Below, in pieces: positions 1 through 15,200 of a DNA stretch of 64,000 nucleotides. Source of the stretch: Phoronis australis (lineage: Eukaryota > Animalia > Phoronida); NCBI GenBank assembly GCA_002633005.1, contig NMRA01000348.1, positions 359,065 through 423,064 of the forward strand. The letters are read 5' to 3'. The notes under the pieces are model-generated. The model searched no databases and had not been told where the DNA came from. It saw only the letters and a program-made list of their open reading frames with translations. The first letter of the stretch is position 1. Each line of letters begins with the position of its first letter. A program made the translations under genes and the position numbers.

Positions 1-55
1 GATTTCGGACAACTAACAAGAAAAAATGCGGTTTTAATAGGTCTACACTCCTTAC

Positions 56-265
56 CCGCTTTGCGGGTCGTAGCTCGGGTTGTAGTTGTTAAACCGTCGG
101 TGGCAGTCATGGATCCGGGTATAGCTTTCAAAATGTTCCCATTGACATCGGACACGGTCAAGGTCCCGGACTCAATTGAGGAGCGCAGTTGCGCAACGGC
201 GTCGCTGGTTTTCGTGTCGCTCGTGGTGGTAGGAGGTAGAAGGTCAAACGTCACCACGATACTTC
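56..265 (-). CDS. Exon: SEA-like domain C-part + Thr-rich linker
   Basis: GSIVVTFDLLPP...DAVAQLRSSIESGTLTV...TTTTRATTRKA|gtaag; gene continues left of window. Confidence 0.8.
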
Positions 266-3200
266 CTGTAAAAGTTGAAAATTGTGTTGATTTAATTTAC
301 ATGCATAGCGATGTAACCACAGTGGTATATTGCCAACAATTCACCTGATTCCATCCACCAAGCAACAATACAAAATGTCCTTAGTTAAAAAATCTGCTAA
401 CTTCGAAGTCCCGTAAGGGTATTGTACATGTTCAGCGCCATTTCAGCCCAAGATGCATATGCTATTTGATATAGCATGTACACTGCCGTGCTTAGAATCC
501 TATCAAATTGCACTTTAAGATAAGCCTGGCGATGTAAAATGCAGTTCCCAACCAGCACATAGACGCCCTGGGTAAAAAAGACAACGTGTACAATTACCTG
601 GTTTAATGTCCAAGTTTGAAATCCTGCTCTGCTTCACTTTGAGTTTTGTTGCCAGCTGCGGCAGCAGATTGTTAACAAACGCCGTCTTGTTGTTGCCGAC
701 GACACTTGTGTAGTTGGCTTCCAAACTGAAGCTGATGCGAACAACCGCCGCTGGGACGTTGGTCTTTGACGGTGTGGTGTCTGCGACCAAGTTGGTAGTC
801 GTCTGGGCGTCTTCAAGTCATACAAAGATGAGGTTACAACTATGGCAAACACGGAATAAATGTAGCTTTTGAGTTTTACATGCAGGTTTGGATTTGAAGA
901 TAGGCTGCCATTGAAAAGCCAATAACTAATTTAAAACTCTAAGGATCTACATGTAATTACAGTACTCCAAGATAGGCGGTTAGAAAATGTCCAAAGAACG
1001 TATATAACACTTGTGCCCGACTCGGCTCCCAATACGACGGTCCTGGATTGCAGAGCGACACTCAAATCACACTAGATTTCCAAACATCAATCCGGAAAGC
1101 CGTTATCACTGCTGTACAATGTATGGGCTGCAATTACGACGGAAGAAAGTTAATCAAACTTGACAAATATCCGTGGATGCGTGGTGTTAAGTTCGTTGCC
1201 GTCCCGACTGGACATACACGTAAATCAAAACAAGAAACAACGGAATGATTGAGCAAAACAAGTTTGTTGGGTAAATTTTTAACTGAACTGGGATTATCCG
1301 TTCTTAAGGATACTTTTCAATTCAGTCCGGTACTTTTAAACCGTTGAAATAGGAAACATTTCGACGGTTGCCGACATAACGAACATGTGTAAGTATATCG
1401 GACAACCGAAAACTACAGTAGGTCAATAGCAAGAACGCGCTTCAAAGTTGCCTCCGGTACAAAGGAGAGTTCTATGGCCGTGTAATCTGGGACGTCCATA
1501 TTGTACATGTAGATAAGGCTTCAAGAAATCTTACGACTTTGTACTCGACTGAAACGGCGTGAATGGTAAATTTTCGAGTCCGAGCCTTGGTCGAGTCTGA
1601 GCTGAGACTTTGGGCGATGAATCCAGATTAATACCGATAAGTCCATGAAACAGTTTTATGGCTACATGTATGTCTGCGCGATGGCGAAAACTGGGAAAAC
1701 CCCAAGGGGAACCAACTATAGGTGTCGTGAAATCTAAGTAAGGTTCTCGTTTCCAGTGTCACATTCGAGGCATGTTTTGTCCAAAGGTAACGTCGGACAT
1801 TCTAAGGACGAGTTTGGTGTGACATGGTACTTAGAACTCTTCCCGCATTGACTATTCACTTACCGCGTCCGTCGAAGAATTTCTCGTGGTCTCAGACGTT
1901 TAAATACTAATAAACTTAGATTTCATCTAAATTCATAACGCGCTGCAACAACGTACGCAGTTTAAAAGGAAAGGAGAAACCAACCATACGTATCGCAAAA
2001 TCTAAAGTTCTCGTTTACAGTGTCACATTCGAGGTATGTGTTGGTCCAAACGTGCAAGTTTACATCATGTCTCCATCACGTTTCATCAACATGGTCATGG
2101 TGAAGTCGAACATTCCAAGGGCGAACTTGGTGTGACAGGGTACAGCCTATTTAGAACTGCTCCCTCTTTGACTATTCAATTACCGTGCTCGTGGAAGAAT
2201 TTCTCGTGGGCTCAGGCGGCAAAATACAAATAAACTTGCTGTCATTCTAAATGCATAACGCACGGAAACGACAGATGAAGTTAACAAGGCAAAAGAGGTC
2301 CACGGCATGATGAGAAAGGACTTCCAAGGCCAGGGGGTTGGGTAACAAGGCATTCCAGTCAGGGGTGGATAATCTGATACAATCGGTTATGAATTATTTT
2401 GTATCCCAGGGCAGTATTCGACCTCGATCGAAAGTCACGAGCATTTTATAACGTCAGGGCCTTGTGTGATCTCAACCGTTACCCTGTTTGAGGCCTGGCG
2501 AACTGCAAACTGAGCACTACATAGCAAAGTTGCTGGATTTAGAAGATACATCAATCAGGTGCCTAGTTCGAACACTGGACCACTCTGACTACTACACATC
2601 CAGCTGCATTTGAAGTTTTAGTGCTTACCTGTAGTCGGCGCCTCGGTCGTGGTTGTGGGTACCGCTGAAGAGGTGGTTGTCACTTCCGTGACGACTGGCG
2701 GGCCTTCGTAAACACTGCAGATAAGAGTTTGAGTTTGAAAGAAGCGGGAGTAATTATTGTTAAATATGGGATATTTCTGTTAGTGCTAACTCGTTAATGC
2801 TCAACCACGTACAAGTAGAATTATAGGCTAAGATAGAGAGGTTTGCTAAGTTACGCTCAGCACTGCCGGTGTTTCTTTCTCAAGCTCCGCAGGAGCGTTC
2901 TAGATTAACAGAGACCATTCTAACAGTCCCTTTTCCGTAATGCACAATTCCCGCCGTATTAATCCAGTTGTTTTATCGTATATCTTACGGCGAACCGTGC
3001 ACTTTTCGCACGAACAATTTGTGATTTTGTGATACTCCTGTTGTGATTCCGGTTAGACGGCACTTTATTTATTATCAAAACTGCAGGCGACGTAAAGAAC
3101 AGATACTTGTAGAAACACTACAAAGAATGAACATTTAGGGTAAGTTGGTATTTACCATTGGAATTCTCAGGCGTTTTGTAAAAAAACATTTAGGGATATC

Positions 3201-6200
3201 TGAAAAGTGAGAAATGTTTTTCCTTTTATTCCACTAAGTGGAAGAACAGAGAATTTGACTGACTAATGAATACCAGTCTGCGGCACGTGATGGACAAAGT
3301 ATTCACAATAAGACCTGCTTGTTGCGCTTAATTACAAGTGAGATTGGTGAGAAGAGAAAGGTAACGAGGAAGTCCGTGCGGAGCGTGAGGGAGGAAAATT
3401 GCTCTCAAACTGCTTAAAGTTGCATTCCTGATTTCCAAATGAAACACTCCAGTCGTCCTGGTGTTTACCGAGGCACTCTGAAGCATGCAAAACATATTTA
3501 CTGAAATATAGACATACATGTACTGAATCTGGCGGACAGTAATCATGGGCAGTGGAGATAGCTGAGTGTAGATCTCGTAAAAATGGCATTTGACGTCACA
3601 TTTGCAGTCGCCATCTTACATATTCATGAATGATAGTAGTTATATGTTTTCTAATAGGTGTTACATTGTATTTCAGCCAGTATATCCTTGTCATAGTTTA
3701 TGCAAAGCAGAGCAATTAGCCGTTGGTTTTGCTGAGGTTTCTAGTATTACAAATTGTTGCTGTAACCCTGTCTCCTGATAATGCAGCTGAAAAAGTCCGT
3801 TCAGCTGCACAGGCAATTCAAAATTTCTGTAGGAATAACATAAGCTTACGCAACGTATCCAAGCCCAGAACAGGAGCACGTGACATGATGCGTGCCGCTT
3901 TCCTCCACAGGATCCGACGTCGTGCAGGCTGTAGTCGTCCAATCAGTCACATAATCCCACATATGACACTAAGCAAAATAACAAAAGTTTCAAACAGGAA
4001 AGCTACATATTGGACGCGTCAAAATAGACATCATCAGGTGCTGAGTGGAGTACGTCATGTAAAATATAAATCAATGAAACTTACGACGGAGAATTTCACA
4101 TAAAAAGATGCAAATGGATTCCTTTCGGGCCATTGTGAAAGGCGAATAGTTTGAACGCAAATCACCCTGTGGCTATCAGAGGAGTCAAACACGAAAATAT
4201 TTTTCTCAGTTAGAACACGCAATGCATACATCAATGCTAATCATGTCCTGTCGATTAGTTGTAGTGTCACATGCATTTTAAACTTAAAAGAATGTGTTGT
4301 TTCGCCAACCAGTTATACCTGCAAACTATAGAGAGTGGTGTTAACGTCACCAGAGATGGGAACCTTGTAGTTGACTGGCTCTGTCAAGTTCGGGTAAAGC
4401 ATGGCAAATGGTTCCGTGTCGTCGTATTTATTGGCTTCCGGGTTAATAAAATGGACTCCGATGACGTCGCTTCGCCGTTTCAACGACAATGGAACTACAG
4501 CGGTGCTGTTGATACTGATGATGTTGTTCGGGAACTGAACTGTTGCTAGGCAACCACCGTAACAATTATATCCCTCGCTGCAGTTCCACGAGCTGAACAT
4601 GCTTTGCATTTCGTTGCCAAGATTCACCTGAGGAAGAAAGGCAGACGTAATTGAGAGTTTGGTTATGAAAACAACGACTTTCCAAAGTCGATCTCGTAGG
4701 GATAGGCATGTACATGTACATGTATATCAGTACAAATGATGTGATAAGGGTATTGTGTAAATTGAACAATCTTTTTTAAAACCTTGGGTAAACTATTTTG
4801 CCAAGATAAGTGTATTAGAATGCAGAACATGTGCCACGGCTAAACACTATGTACTTATATATGTATGTCGTCTAACTGGGTAAAAACAAATGGCAGTGCG
4901 ATGATCTCGGTTATGAGGTGATGTTTTCCGGAAAACCACCTAATATCTCTTTTCATTCAGTACACTTGCCGCGCTTCTGAGGTCGCTATAATTGGACTGA
5001 CTAAACGCATGTTGATGCAGAAGCCATCAGCTGATAATTGTGTCATCACGTTTTGTGAGTAGACAATGTGCATGCACTACACCAGAGCAGGAAAAGACAG
5101 CAGACCACGAAATCAAGTGAAAAGCGCATGTTCGTACTTGAAAACGTGTGCGGACCCAACCCTCGGCGTACCCGGCTTTGTTAAACTCGTGAAAACAACG
5201 TTGGCCTGGGTTCATATAAAAATGTAATGACCTCGAGATCGATCTATTTTTGTGTACTGGAACAGCTCAAACTTTATTCGGAGAAAACGCTGAGGCAACT
5301 GCAACGACTTACCTGGCCTGCCTGTTGAACGACAGTGCAGTTTTCACACGCAGTTGGAATGGACGAGTTGGCCACGCCGTGGAAGCGCATCATGTCCATC
5401 TTAAGATGGACCAACTTCTTGTCCGTCACCATGTACTGAAGTCCAGTGGTCATCCCCCGGCATATGCCTTTCACGTACTTATGGACGTTGAGCAGGTACT
5501 TCTCAACGGCATCGCGTGAGGACGACTCGCTGATTGTTGTTGAGTAACCGACCAAGAGGGTCTCTACCTGGAGGATACGTAATCAGAAACTGGGCATGTA
5601 GACTTTATGCAAATGTGAATCGATCCTTACATGTAGATCAACGTGTGGTTACATTTCACGGCTGTGAGAATATTAGAAAGCAATACTGTTTAGCATTTTG
5701 AAGAGATGCTGTTTACGCAGTTCTGTAATGTCACCGCCACACTCAGATCGAATGTAACTGGGCTCTCCCTGCTGTTGATGTTTGGCCCAACTCAGTCGCA
5801 AGCCGACTCGCGTGGCGAATCGGAGAGAGTGAGTGGGGGAACTTTGAATCCGTCTGAGCGAAATGTACACGAAGCTACTTCGTTCTAGTCAACGAATGGT
5901 GAAGAACAAAACCTATTCGATGGCGTTCAGAGGAATGCATTCCTGCTGTAGAATAATTCAGGATTACAGTAACCCAAGGCCAGATGACACATTTGTTGGC
6001 TTCTTGCGACGTAGTATATCATATGACACATATCCGGCGCGCATTGTAAATTCACTATTTCGAGATATTGAACATTTCGATCAAAGTTTAGGTATCAGGA
6101 CCCCTGAGAAATGTCCAAATTTGGCTAAATTTGAAATATTATACCTCATAAATTGCTGATCAGACTCACATGAAACTTTCTGGTACTACATGTATGTCTT

Positions 6201-9200
6201 ATGCACTCTTACAGTTAGGAATATTTTTTAAAGTATTGCACTTTTGCACGAGGGACTGTCAAAAATATAAGCTGTTTGATTCATGTGAAACAAGTTGAAT
6301 GTAATGCAATCAAATTGTCAGTTTAGGTAACTTTATATGAGGTTGTTCTTCAGACTACATCTTGAACATTTTCACCAAACAAAAATCGGTACTTAAACCG
6401 TGCTTTTGCTGAGAATGTCCTTTTTGCTTATTTATAAAAAAAAATCATGGTTATGTGGACCAGTTGATTACAGATCCATATAAAATTAAATACTGAGGGT
6501 CTACGGGTTACTATTTTGATGTCAAGATGCACAAATTTTGAACGTCATCATTTTTCGACATCACAGTGACATCGAAGAGCACATCTGCTTTGACACAGGT
6601 AAGACTAAGGAGCAGCAGATGACTTTTGAATTTATGCAGCTCAGTCCAATTGTTTAAGCAGATGCATCACGTCATCGAGACACGGAAAATTACGAGAGCA
6701 AAGTCAACCAAAAAAAGAAAGTCGGTTGCTCACTTAGCAGCAAACTGTCCACTGAGTATGGCGAACAGGGTACATGTATATTCTGCGAATCTTTATACAT
6801 GTGCATAAGCGCGAAGTAAAGATCACACAAATAACTTGACTTAATCGAAATGTTTCAAGCAAACTGTTAATTTTCGTGATTGCTTGTTTTTAACTCACTC
6901 ACCATTAAAGCAGGGACGGAAAATTTTGACAAATGAACACGCCCCCTTCCAGTTCAATGACATGTGTTGTGTGGGGAAGTAAAGAGTTACAAACTCAAAT
7001 GAAACTTACGTCGTCGACTTTTAAAGCGCTGAGCTCTGTCCTTGATCCGGCTGCTCTTTTTCGACGTTTGCTGGTCCCTGTTTTCGACTCCGTTGGTTTT
7101 CCTTCCAATAACTTGGTCAGGCTTTCCAATGCCAGATCCTTCGTGGCCTTGTTGTTGTCATTCAGTGGTATTGCTTCTGTGCTTTTCAATGTGTTTAATC
7201 CGGTGATTGGATCCCTTGAATGTTCAACACAATACCGTTAACACTTTATCATTTAACAAGTGTTCTGACACTAAACACCAGTTTATGTTGCTCTGCTATC
7301 TGCACAAGACTTTCTCCACACTTGGAATATAAATGGAAACTACTTTGGAAACATTTACTGATGACACCAATGAATAATGCCTGCTTTACTAGTACGTGTA
7401 TTTGAACTGTTATCCCAAACAAGAGCCTGTGTGGGATAGAAATTTTTCGCGAGCCTATTGCCTAAAACTTCAATGGCTATTTTAATCCATTGGTGCAAAG
7501 TCCCTGGCATTCGTGGATTATCAGTTGAAGGTTACTCACTTATTGTCTATGATCTCCGTCAATCCTGACGCAATCACAGTGTTTGCCTTTTCGATGACCG
7601 CGTCTTTTGCTGCCGTGTCATTCATCGAATTCGCATGTTCAACAGCACTTGTCACGAGTGCTGTGACGTCAACTGGAGTAAAAAAGCAATGACGTGCTGA
7701 TCAATCTCATTTCAGTAGACCCGTAATTGTTTGGGACTAGGTTCCAAAAACTGAATTGTCCCGACTGGTCATACATGTACTATGCGCCGCTTATGGACTT
7801 CCAAACATACATGTACATATAATAACGTCTAACCTCAGTAAGTTGAGACAAAAAGTATAGCGGAAGGTAATCTGGATCAAAAGTTCGCTTCTTGGTCGTA
7901 ACGCAGAATTGTATACAATTTAAAGTGCTTAAGTTACCAATTTTGTATCAAAACACCAAGACAATCAAACCAGTCGGGCAGCTGTCAAATCAGAACACTC
8001 GCAAAAATTTTCTGCCGATATTAATCTGCTGATCCCGATTTATGATCATTTATTAGTATACTCTGTTAAATCGGGACAACCAATAACACCACTACAGTCA
8101 TCCTCAATTTGTTCATTGCGAAAAGGCGTCAGAAATTCCTGCTAGTGGTTTTCTCGTGTATTGGAATAGCGAGGCGTTGCCAGTGTGCTGTTTGTGATAA
8201 CTTATTTGAAAACGCCGTGGCTCTTTACTTTCGCGCGGTTCATTGGAGAAGCGCAGATATGACATATATTTGTACAGGAAACTAGAGTGTAAGTAAACAT
8301 GACACCCTGTTACTAGAACGTCCTTACGCCACACCTATGTCCATGGAGCTAAGAACGTTGTAAATGAAATCAGTGCTATAAAGGAAGGTTGTGATTTTGC
8401 TGACAATGTAGTCACGCGACTAAACTAGGCAAATGGCGCATTTAAGCACTTAGAAATATTGGAAACAATATTTTGTGTAATGACGTAACACAATCATATT
8501 GCCAACTGCAAACAGCTGAGCATCAAAGGTATACGCCCTATAACAACAATGACGTCGCGTTATCACGCGTCAAGTGGTTATTGTTGAACAGTGCGCCTGA
8601 CGTCATTCAACAATCAAATTTATCCAGCGGAGAGTGTTGAAGCTTTATGCAACTCAGCCCTGCTGCGTAAAACAGCATACCCTAATAATAGCGTCATCTT
8701 TACTTCATCATTCACATAAGAATTTACAAGTGTATTTTAAAGAAGGTGAGCGAAGTTGAATAATGTGTTTTAAACTTCCAAGATGCCAAATCCTTTGGGA
8801 AAGACTCATGCAATGCACTGCCATCAGCTATATTGGATTTTGGTGAACGTAATTGGATTAAATTAAAATGGATTTATACATGCAAAATGGGTATTCAGTA
8901 TTTGTAACTCATGCACCTTACACCGTTTTTATCGACGTTAATGCGGCTGTGCACTGAAAACGAATCATTCTACATTATTATGTACCTCGTTAGTAAGAAA
9001 AATGTAATTGAAAATCAGCTTACGATTTCCACCATTCACAATCATACGATTTCCACCGTACAAAATAACCTACCTCCTTGTTCATTTTGAGTTTCTGCGT
9101 TCTCTAAGGCCGCAAAAACATCGGTGGCATCATTCGGCTCGAATATAGTCACGTTGAAACTCTCCGATTCAGTACAAATGTCCTCTGAGTTGCACGACGC

Positions 9201-12200
9201 CATACGGATGTTGTGCTCACCTTCACATGAAAACAAACGCATTATATTTATCAGCTTTAGGACGTGAAATTGTGGTGAAATCAATCTGAGGATTCGTAGC
9301 TATTGTATTGCATGAAGAAGAAACAGATTATGCTTTTAACGATCTCGGCCAACTGCAAAAATTCAAGTGCTACTTCAACAAGTAAAACGGACGTCATTGC
9401 TGGTGTTCTGAGTTTCCAAGCGCAACTAATGACAACAGATTTACCTTGCGGGAGAGATAGTTCTTTGTCTTCACTGGTGGTCGGCATGCCAACCATGCTA
9501 CAATCCTCGAGCTTAGTGTCGCTGGTAGGACAGGTGTACGCTTCAGTGTCCACACTGTTGGAATCCCAGTTCTTTGAACTCGCGGTAATCGCGTCTTTGA
9601 AAAGGGTCGCATTTAAAGAGGACATCTAGAAAACAGGTTTTAAAAGAACTTATGCGCTGGAATGATACATGAACTTGGTCGCGATTTTGGCAGTCTTACT
9701 ATTGTAAATGCAAAATCAGTAATGACCACACAAAATCAGGCGAGCGAAAGGCGGGTGTATCGCGTACAGTTGGAATAAAATTAAATAGTTTTTGTATCAT
9801 TAGCCAATTTCTTACCGCAAATGTCTGTAGAGCATGACGCCTTACACGTAAGATTTTCGACATTAATTCCAAAGTTTCAACTTTGTACAATTCGAACACT
9901 CATCGTTTCAGTAGTGTGTATTCTCACATATACTATTGACTTATTGTGTGCTTAAACACTGACTTCGAAGCATACAGGTGTACGTGCATGTCTTTATTTA
10001 GGTCAAGTGGCATTTTTTCGTCTTGTTGTGCCAAGTTCTGATCATTTTGAAGTCAAAAGATTTGTGCCCTGTACCTTATTTTTGGGGATTCACGTCTTAA
10101 CTTTTCGATGTGAACGGTACTCTGGGATGCCGGGGATGGCAGGCAAAACCACTACAAGTCTCTCAATGTGTGACGTCATTACATCCACTGTATGATAGTT
10201 TACTGTGAATAGGACTGACCCTTACCGATTTACGATGGTTTGAATTTGGCCACTGAAATTTAGAAGTTTGTCTAGGGTCCTAGATAACCTAAACTAAAAG
10301 AGGACAATGCAACATCCGTGTTATTTACAATCAGTGAACTAGCATAATAGGTATCACAACAAATCAAAGCCTCCAGCATGAGCAACGACTACCATCGCGT
10401 ACTTCGAACACTCCACCAGTTGGCGCACTGTACATGACGACGTCGGTTTCCACGTAAGCGGTTAGCTCAGTCTCCAGAAGCGAGTGGGAAACGCTCATGA
10501 GCAGTCCAATTTTGTATTTGCACGAGGGACACATGCTGCAAGCATCCGTTTCCTCTTTATTGTAGATCATCGTCAACTCGTAGTTGTTCAACTCTTCTCC
10601 CGTGATCACCGTTGTTTCCAAACCAGAGAGGCAGTTGTCGAAATCCAAAGTTGCGTATTCTATAAAACGTAAATCATACCAAATAAATCACAAGAAAACT
10701 TTTGCTGGTTTTGACGTAAATTTCCAGCGACCTCTTTAGTATTGCTACATGTATGGACACCGGCCACCATTCAGCTATGCTTATAAAACTTGCCTGAAGA
10801 AATCGCCGTCGTGCTGGCTTGACATTGAAAGCCTTCAGATGTGGTGTACACATCATATACGTTGTGAAAGCTTGTGTAACATGAGTTTTACACATTGGAA
10901 TCAGGCCAGAATGCAACATGTCACAAGAGTACACCAGGTGAGCATGCGGTGGAAGGAATTAAAAAAGAAAACAATTAACAAACTTTGACTTGTCGCGTTT
11001 TGGAACAAGCTGAAATTCTCCTCGAATTGCCAAATCTAGATTACACGCGACTCTTGACGTTTTACTCGACGAGAGAAGATAGTCATATCAGTTGCGTGCA
11101 TTGATTTACATGGTATACAACAACATGGAACGGATTATTCTCATGCACCCAGAGTCTCTCCAATCATAACTGACCGTTTTGATCCACGCTCAACCACGTC
11201 AAGGTTATCGCATCCGCTAATCCAACATAGGAAACTGTTGCCGTGACAACAAGCATCTCGTTCGGGTTCTCTTTTTCTGCCTTCCTTTCATTAAATACCA
11301 GTTCTGGTTTCGGGAAATCGGGTTGAAACTCTCTAAAATTTTTGTAGATGAAGGCTGACGATTCCTTGGCACCGTTCCTCATAAGCACTTCAAACATGTA
11401 CCTGTGTGTTTCGTAGTAAAAAACAGGAGTCAGTTCTTTTCGTTTGAACGTGTTTAGACAACGTATCATTTTCAAATAAGGAAAGCTTACACACTTGTTG
11501 GTTTACCTCAAACCCTAGGTTTCCGTTTAGCTATTCAAAGATACAGTTAAAACAAGCCAACTCCTATCAGATCGGTTTCGGTAATGGAACTCTTTTAGAA
11601 AAGAAAATTTTACTATATTTAGAACAAACAGTTATACAAACAGCATTTAAGAAAAAAAAAAGAAGCGGACAGGCCTCTTTGTTTCAGCAACGTGAATAGC
11701 ACAGCGTGTACTGTAAGTCTTCTGCCGACGGGTAATTAAATTGAATTATCCTTGTCCTTTATGCACGCATTAAAGATAAAAGTTTAAAGATATGAACATT
11801 TACCAATCTTTTACCCCATGCAGTGGACACGCACGAAGAAGTGCTCTCTAGGGATATTTTGAACAGCTACGTTATAACGATTCATTCTTATTGGGGCTTC
11901 AATATTTTCAACTATGCCTAGTCCAACATAAACTTAATTGGGAACAGAAAAACCCAAAGTTCTGGAGTAAGATAGAAACGAATTTTCAAGGCTCAGCGAG
12001 TTCGGCAGGTACGTCAAGTTTTCAGGTAAAAGGATGACGTAGGAAGGCCCGCGCTTTGAATAAAATCATAGCGTAACTGTCAACCCAGCCAGTATACCCA
12101 TAAGTTCCCTAACATACAACTAATCTTGACATAATGAGAACATCTTACAGGCCTGGGTCCATTGAGTTTGCCTGGATCGTTACTCGTGCTTCGGCTGGCA

Positions 12201-15200
12201 AAATCGACTGCAGATTCACAACAGTTCCGTTGGAGGGCACGTAGCAGTCGTCGACCTCTGATCCCGTATCTTCATCGATAACCTTAATGTATAAAAAACT
12301 GCCCTATAAGAATGAAACTGTTCCATACATGCACTGTAAGTAAGTACATGCCAATAACTATTCCCAATCCTAACATGTTTCATGTTATATCAGTTAGGAA
12401 GGTGATTGTTTCAGTACCAAAAAAAAAACAGTCAAGAAAACGGAATGCTTACAACCAAAAGCTTTAAAAAACGTATGTTTTTCAATAACGTCCTGATTAC
12501 TTGTGCGCCATTGACAAAACGCAAAATAATTAACACACTGTCTTAATAGAACAGAAATGTCACCTTGCATCCCCAATTAAACATGACGTCAGAGCCGAAT
12601 CGTTCTTCTGGATTATTTGGGTCACGTGACTTAGTAGCATCAAGCACCAGATCTTCTGCCACATTGGCTTCGGAGAAAAAAGGCCCAGCAATCCTGGCAT
12701 CGAGTTCGAGATCTTGCGTTACCCACTCCACGCTGTCCGTGAACTTCTTTGTGAAGTCATTGTTCATAATAACTGCAAGACGTCGAAATTGATTTTTTAG
12801 TTGTATTACCCAAGCACTTGTTGTTTCTCCAGTGTAAAAACCTGTTATCCAGCATGACCTAAAATTTGCTTATTCTGTTACATGTACAAAATGGCTTCAA
12901 CATTAAGGTATCTTGGCAGAGTGCCAGCCAATAAACTTAAATGACTGAAATTTTACATATCTATATCCTCCTTTGGAAAGGATATCGAATCACGGAGGTC
13001 GGAATTTCTTTTCTGCCATGGAACGGTATTGTTCGTTTCGTATTGTGCGCGACTAACGAAGTTTGGGAAAAGCAGGACTAAGTTAGTGAATTAGAAGGAA
13101 AAGTTGACCAAAAGGGGCGCCAGTGAAGCTGCATATCGGTGGTTACACATTACACTGGTCACCTTAATGGAATTAGATTTTATGAGAATTTCTTGTTCTT
13201 GAAAGTGGAAATAGAATAGGACATCAACTAGGCAATTGTATTTCAATTACACGTACGAGCAATGACAAATTGCCCGAAAAGTGCAAGTAAACGCTATTGG
13301 CGTTTGTGATGAGACTACACATTCCCTTTTGTCACCAAAAATGAATCGCTAATTCATCAATTTTCAAAATTCTGCTAAATGACCCCATTGATCGTTTTGA
13401 TATTCATAACCCTAACTTACACAGAACAAACAATTTTGCGATAATGGCACTGCAAACAAAAACTAGTTTTTGATCTCATTATTTAAGACACGTAGAGGCT
13501 ACATATTTGAATAAAACTGACTTGATGTCCATTGTCTCTCACCTTTCACTGAAAAGAAGTACTTAGTGCCCCCAAACAAAGTGTTTCGTTGAATGACGGC
13601 TCTGTTCTTGGATACAGTGACTGGTTGCACGCTTTGGCCAGACTCGGATGTACCTTCCCATATCACCTATAAAGTAAGAATTATTCTGAAATCGAACTTC
13701 GTTTGACTTCGTATTTTTCTGAAAATTGTATTGCTTCGGTAATATAAAGGTTGTCTGAAATTAAATGTATTCGACTAAAGTTCTTACCTGCAAATTTTCT
13801 AGGGTAACGTTGACACATTTAGACAGTTCAATCTTTGCCCTTAGTTTGAGTCTTCTTGTTGGATTCACACCTGTTCGATCCCCGGCCGTTATCCTCACTG
13901 AAATCGGCTTCACGTTTGCAGATCGGGTGACTGTGACCCACGTTGTGTCACTCTTGACGCCGTGTCTGTTGGTCACCGACAATCCAATGTCGTAATTGTA
14001 TCCGGGTGTGAGCTATGGAAATCATTTTGCAATAAACCAAATCTATTCTATGCCACAGGAATTTCTGAAATGCTTTACGTGAATGACGCTTCTTTTCTTA
14101 AGATCGTGAATACAGCAGACAAGAAAAAAATAATAGGTTGGTGATTCTACCTAAAGTACGTTCACGTACATTCATGTTGCACAAGTGTCATCATGCCTGT
14201 GAAATAGTCATTATCCATTGCATTCAGCAGAAATCGGTGACAGGATTCGGTGAGTGGCTGAAAGTAATGTCAACCTGGGGCTGCCAAACGCAAAAATGAA
14301 AGCTCTCCAAGAGACAAGATAGTCCAGACTGAAACAAACATGGGGGGTACGGCAACGTTATGCTTGCCATGCATACGGCAGTAATCTTCACTACTGTCAA
14401 GGAGTGGATTGGTCGCGAACCAGAAATTCACCTTATGCATACATGCACGGATGAGGCAGGCTACATAATCTACGTAGTTTTATTTCATTCTTTGAGGGTT
14501 GACAACGTCTAATTTGTTTCGAAGATTTAAATAATCTAGTAATTGCTACTTATTGGCAGGTTAAAACGGGCTTTGATGACGCTTTTCAAAATGATTAAAA
14601 CTTTAACTTTTTGGCAGGATTTCATTCAGTCACAGCGTACATGTAAGATAATTTAAAGTTCGATGTCAGAAGGAGTCGAAAACATGAACATCTTACAGAT
14701 CTATAACCAGGTAAGAGCGCTCATTAGATTACATCTTTTTAAAAAGTAACTACTACGTCGACTGACGGTGTGTGGCAAGACTGAAACTATAACAAATACA
14801 AAAAAGGTCTTAATTCTTATTCTCATTGGTTTTATTAGTTGATGAATGTCTTCAACATGACTTTAACAGGGAAAGCAGAGATAACACTCACCTCGTTTCC
14901 TGCTACAAGTAAATTGCTCTTGTCGGTCAAGGAGTCGAGCCTCGTTTGGAGATCAGCAACGCTGTTGGCAACAGACCCGCTCGCTGAAAACGTACAGTAT
15001 ACCGGGTGTTAAACTTACATTAACACTGGAAGTGGGGTTTTGTCAATTACCCAAAAACTGAGAAGGAATGCAGGATGATCGTGGCGTGTGTTCAACACCT
15101 TAAGTCTCCTCGATCTGTTCTACTTTAGCACGAAATCGAGAGAAGTGTCTACTACAGTGTGTAGTGTGCTCGAGTACAATACGGCTTAGGCAAACGGGTT

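Noticed and set aside
3314-3480. Candidate extra exon (ECLGKHQDDWS...)
   Set aside because: Runs into stops, and the flanking exons 3850-3968 and 2629-2714 already join in phase
4085-4166. AG...GT-bounded open segment between the GAIN and GPS exons
   Set aside because: Exon 4319 joins 3968 directly in phase 0 to give the full GPS motif; inclusion would break it
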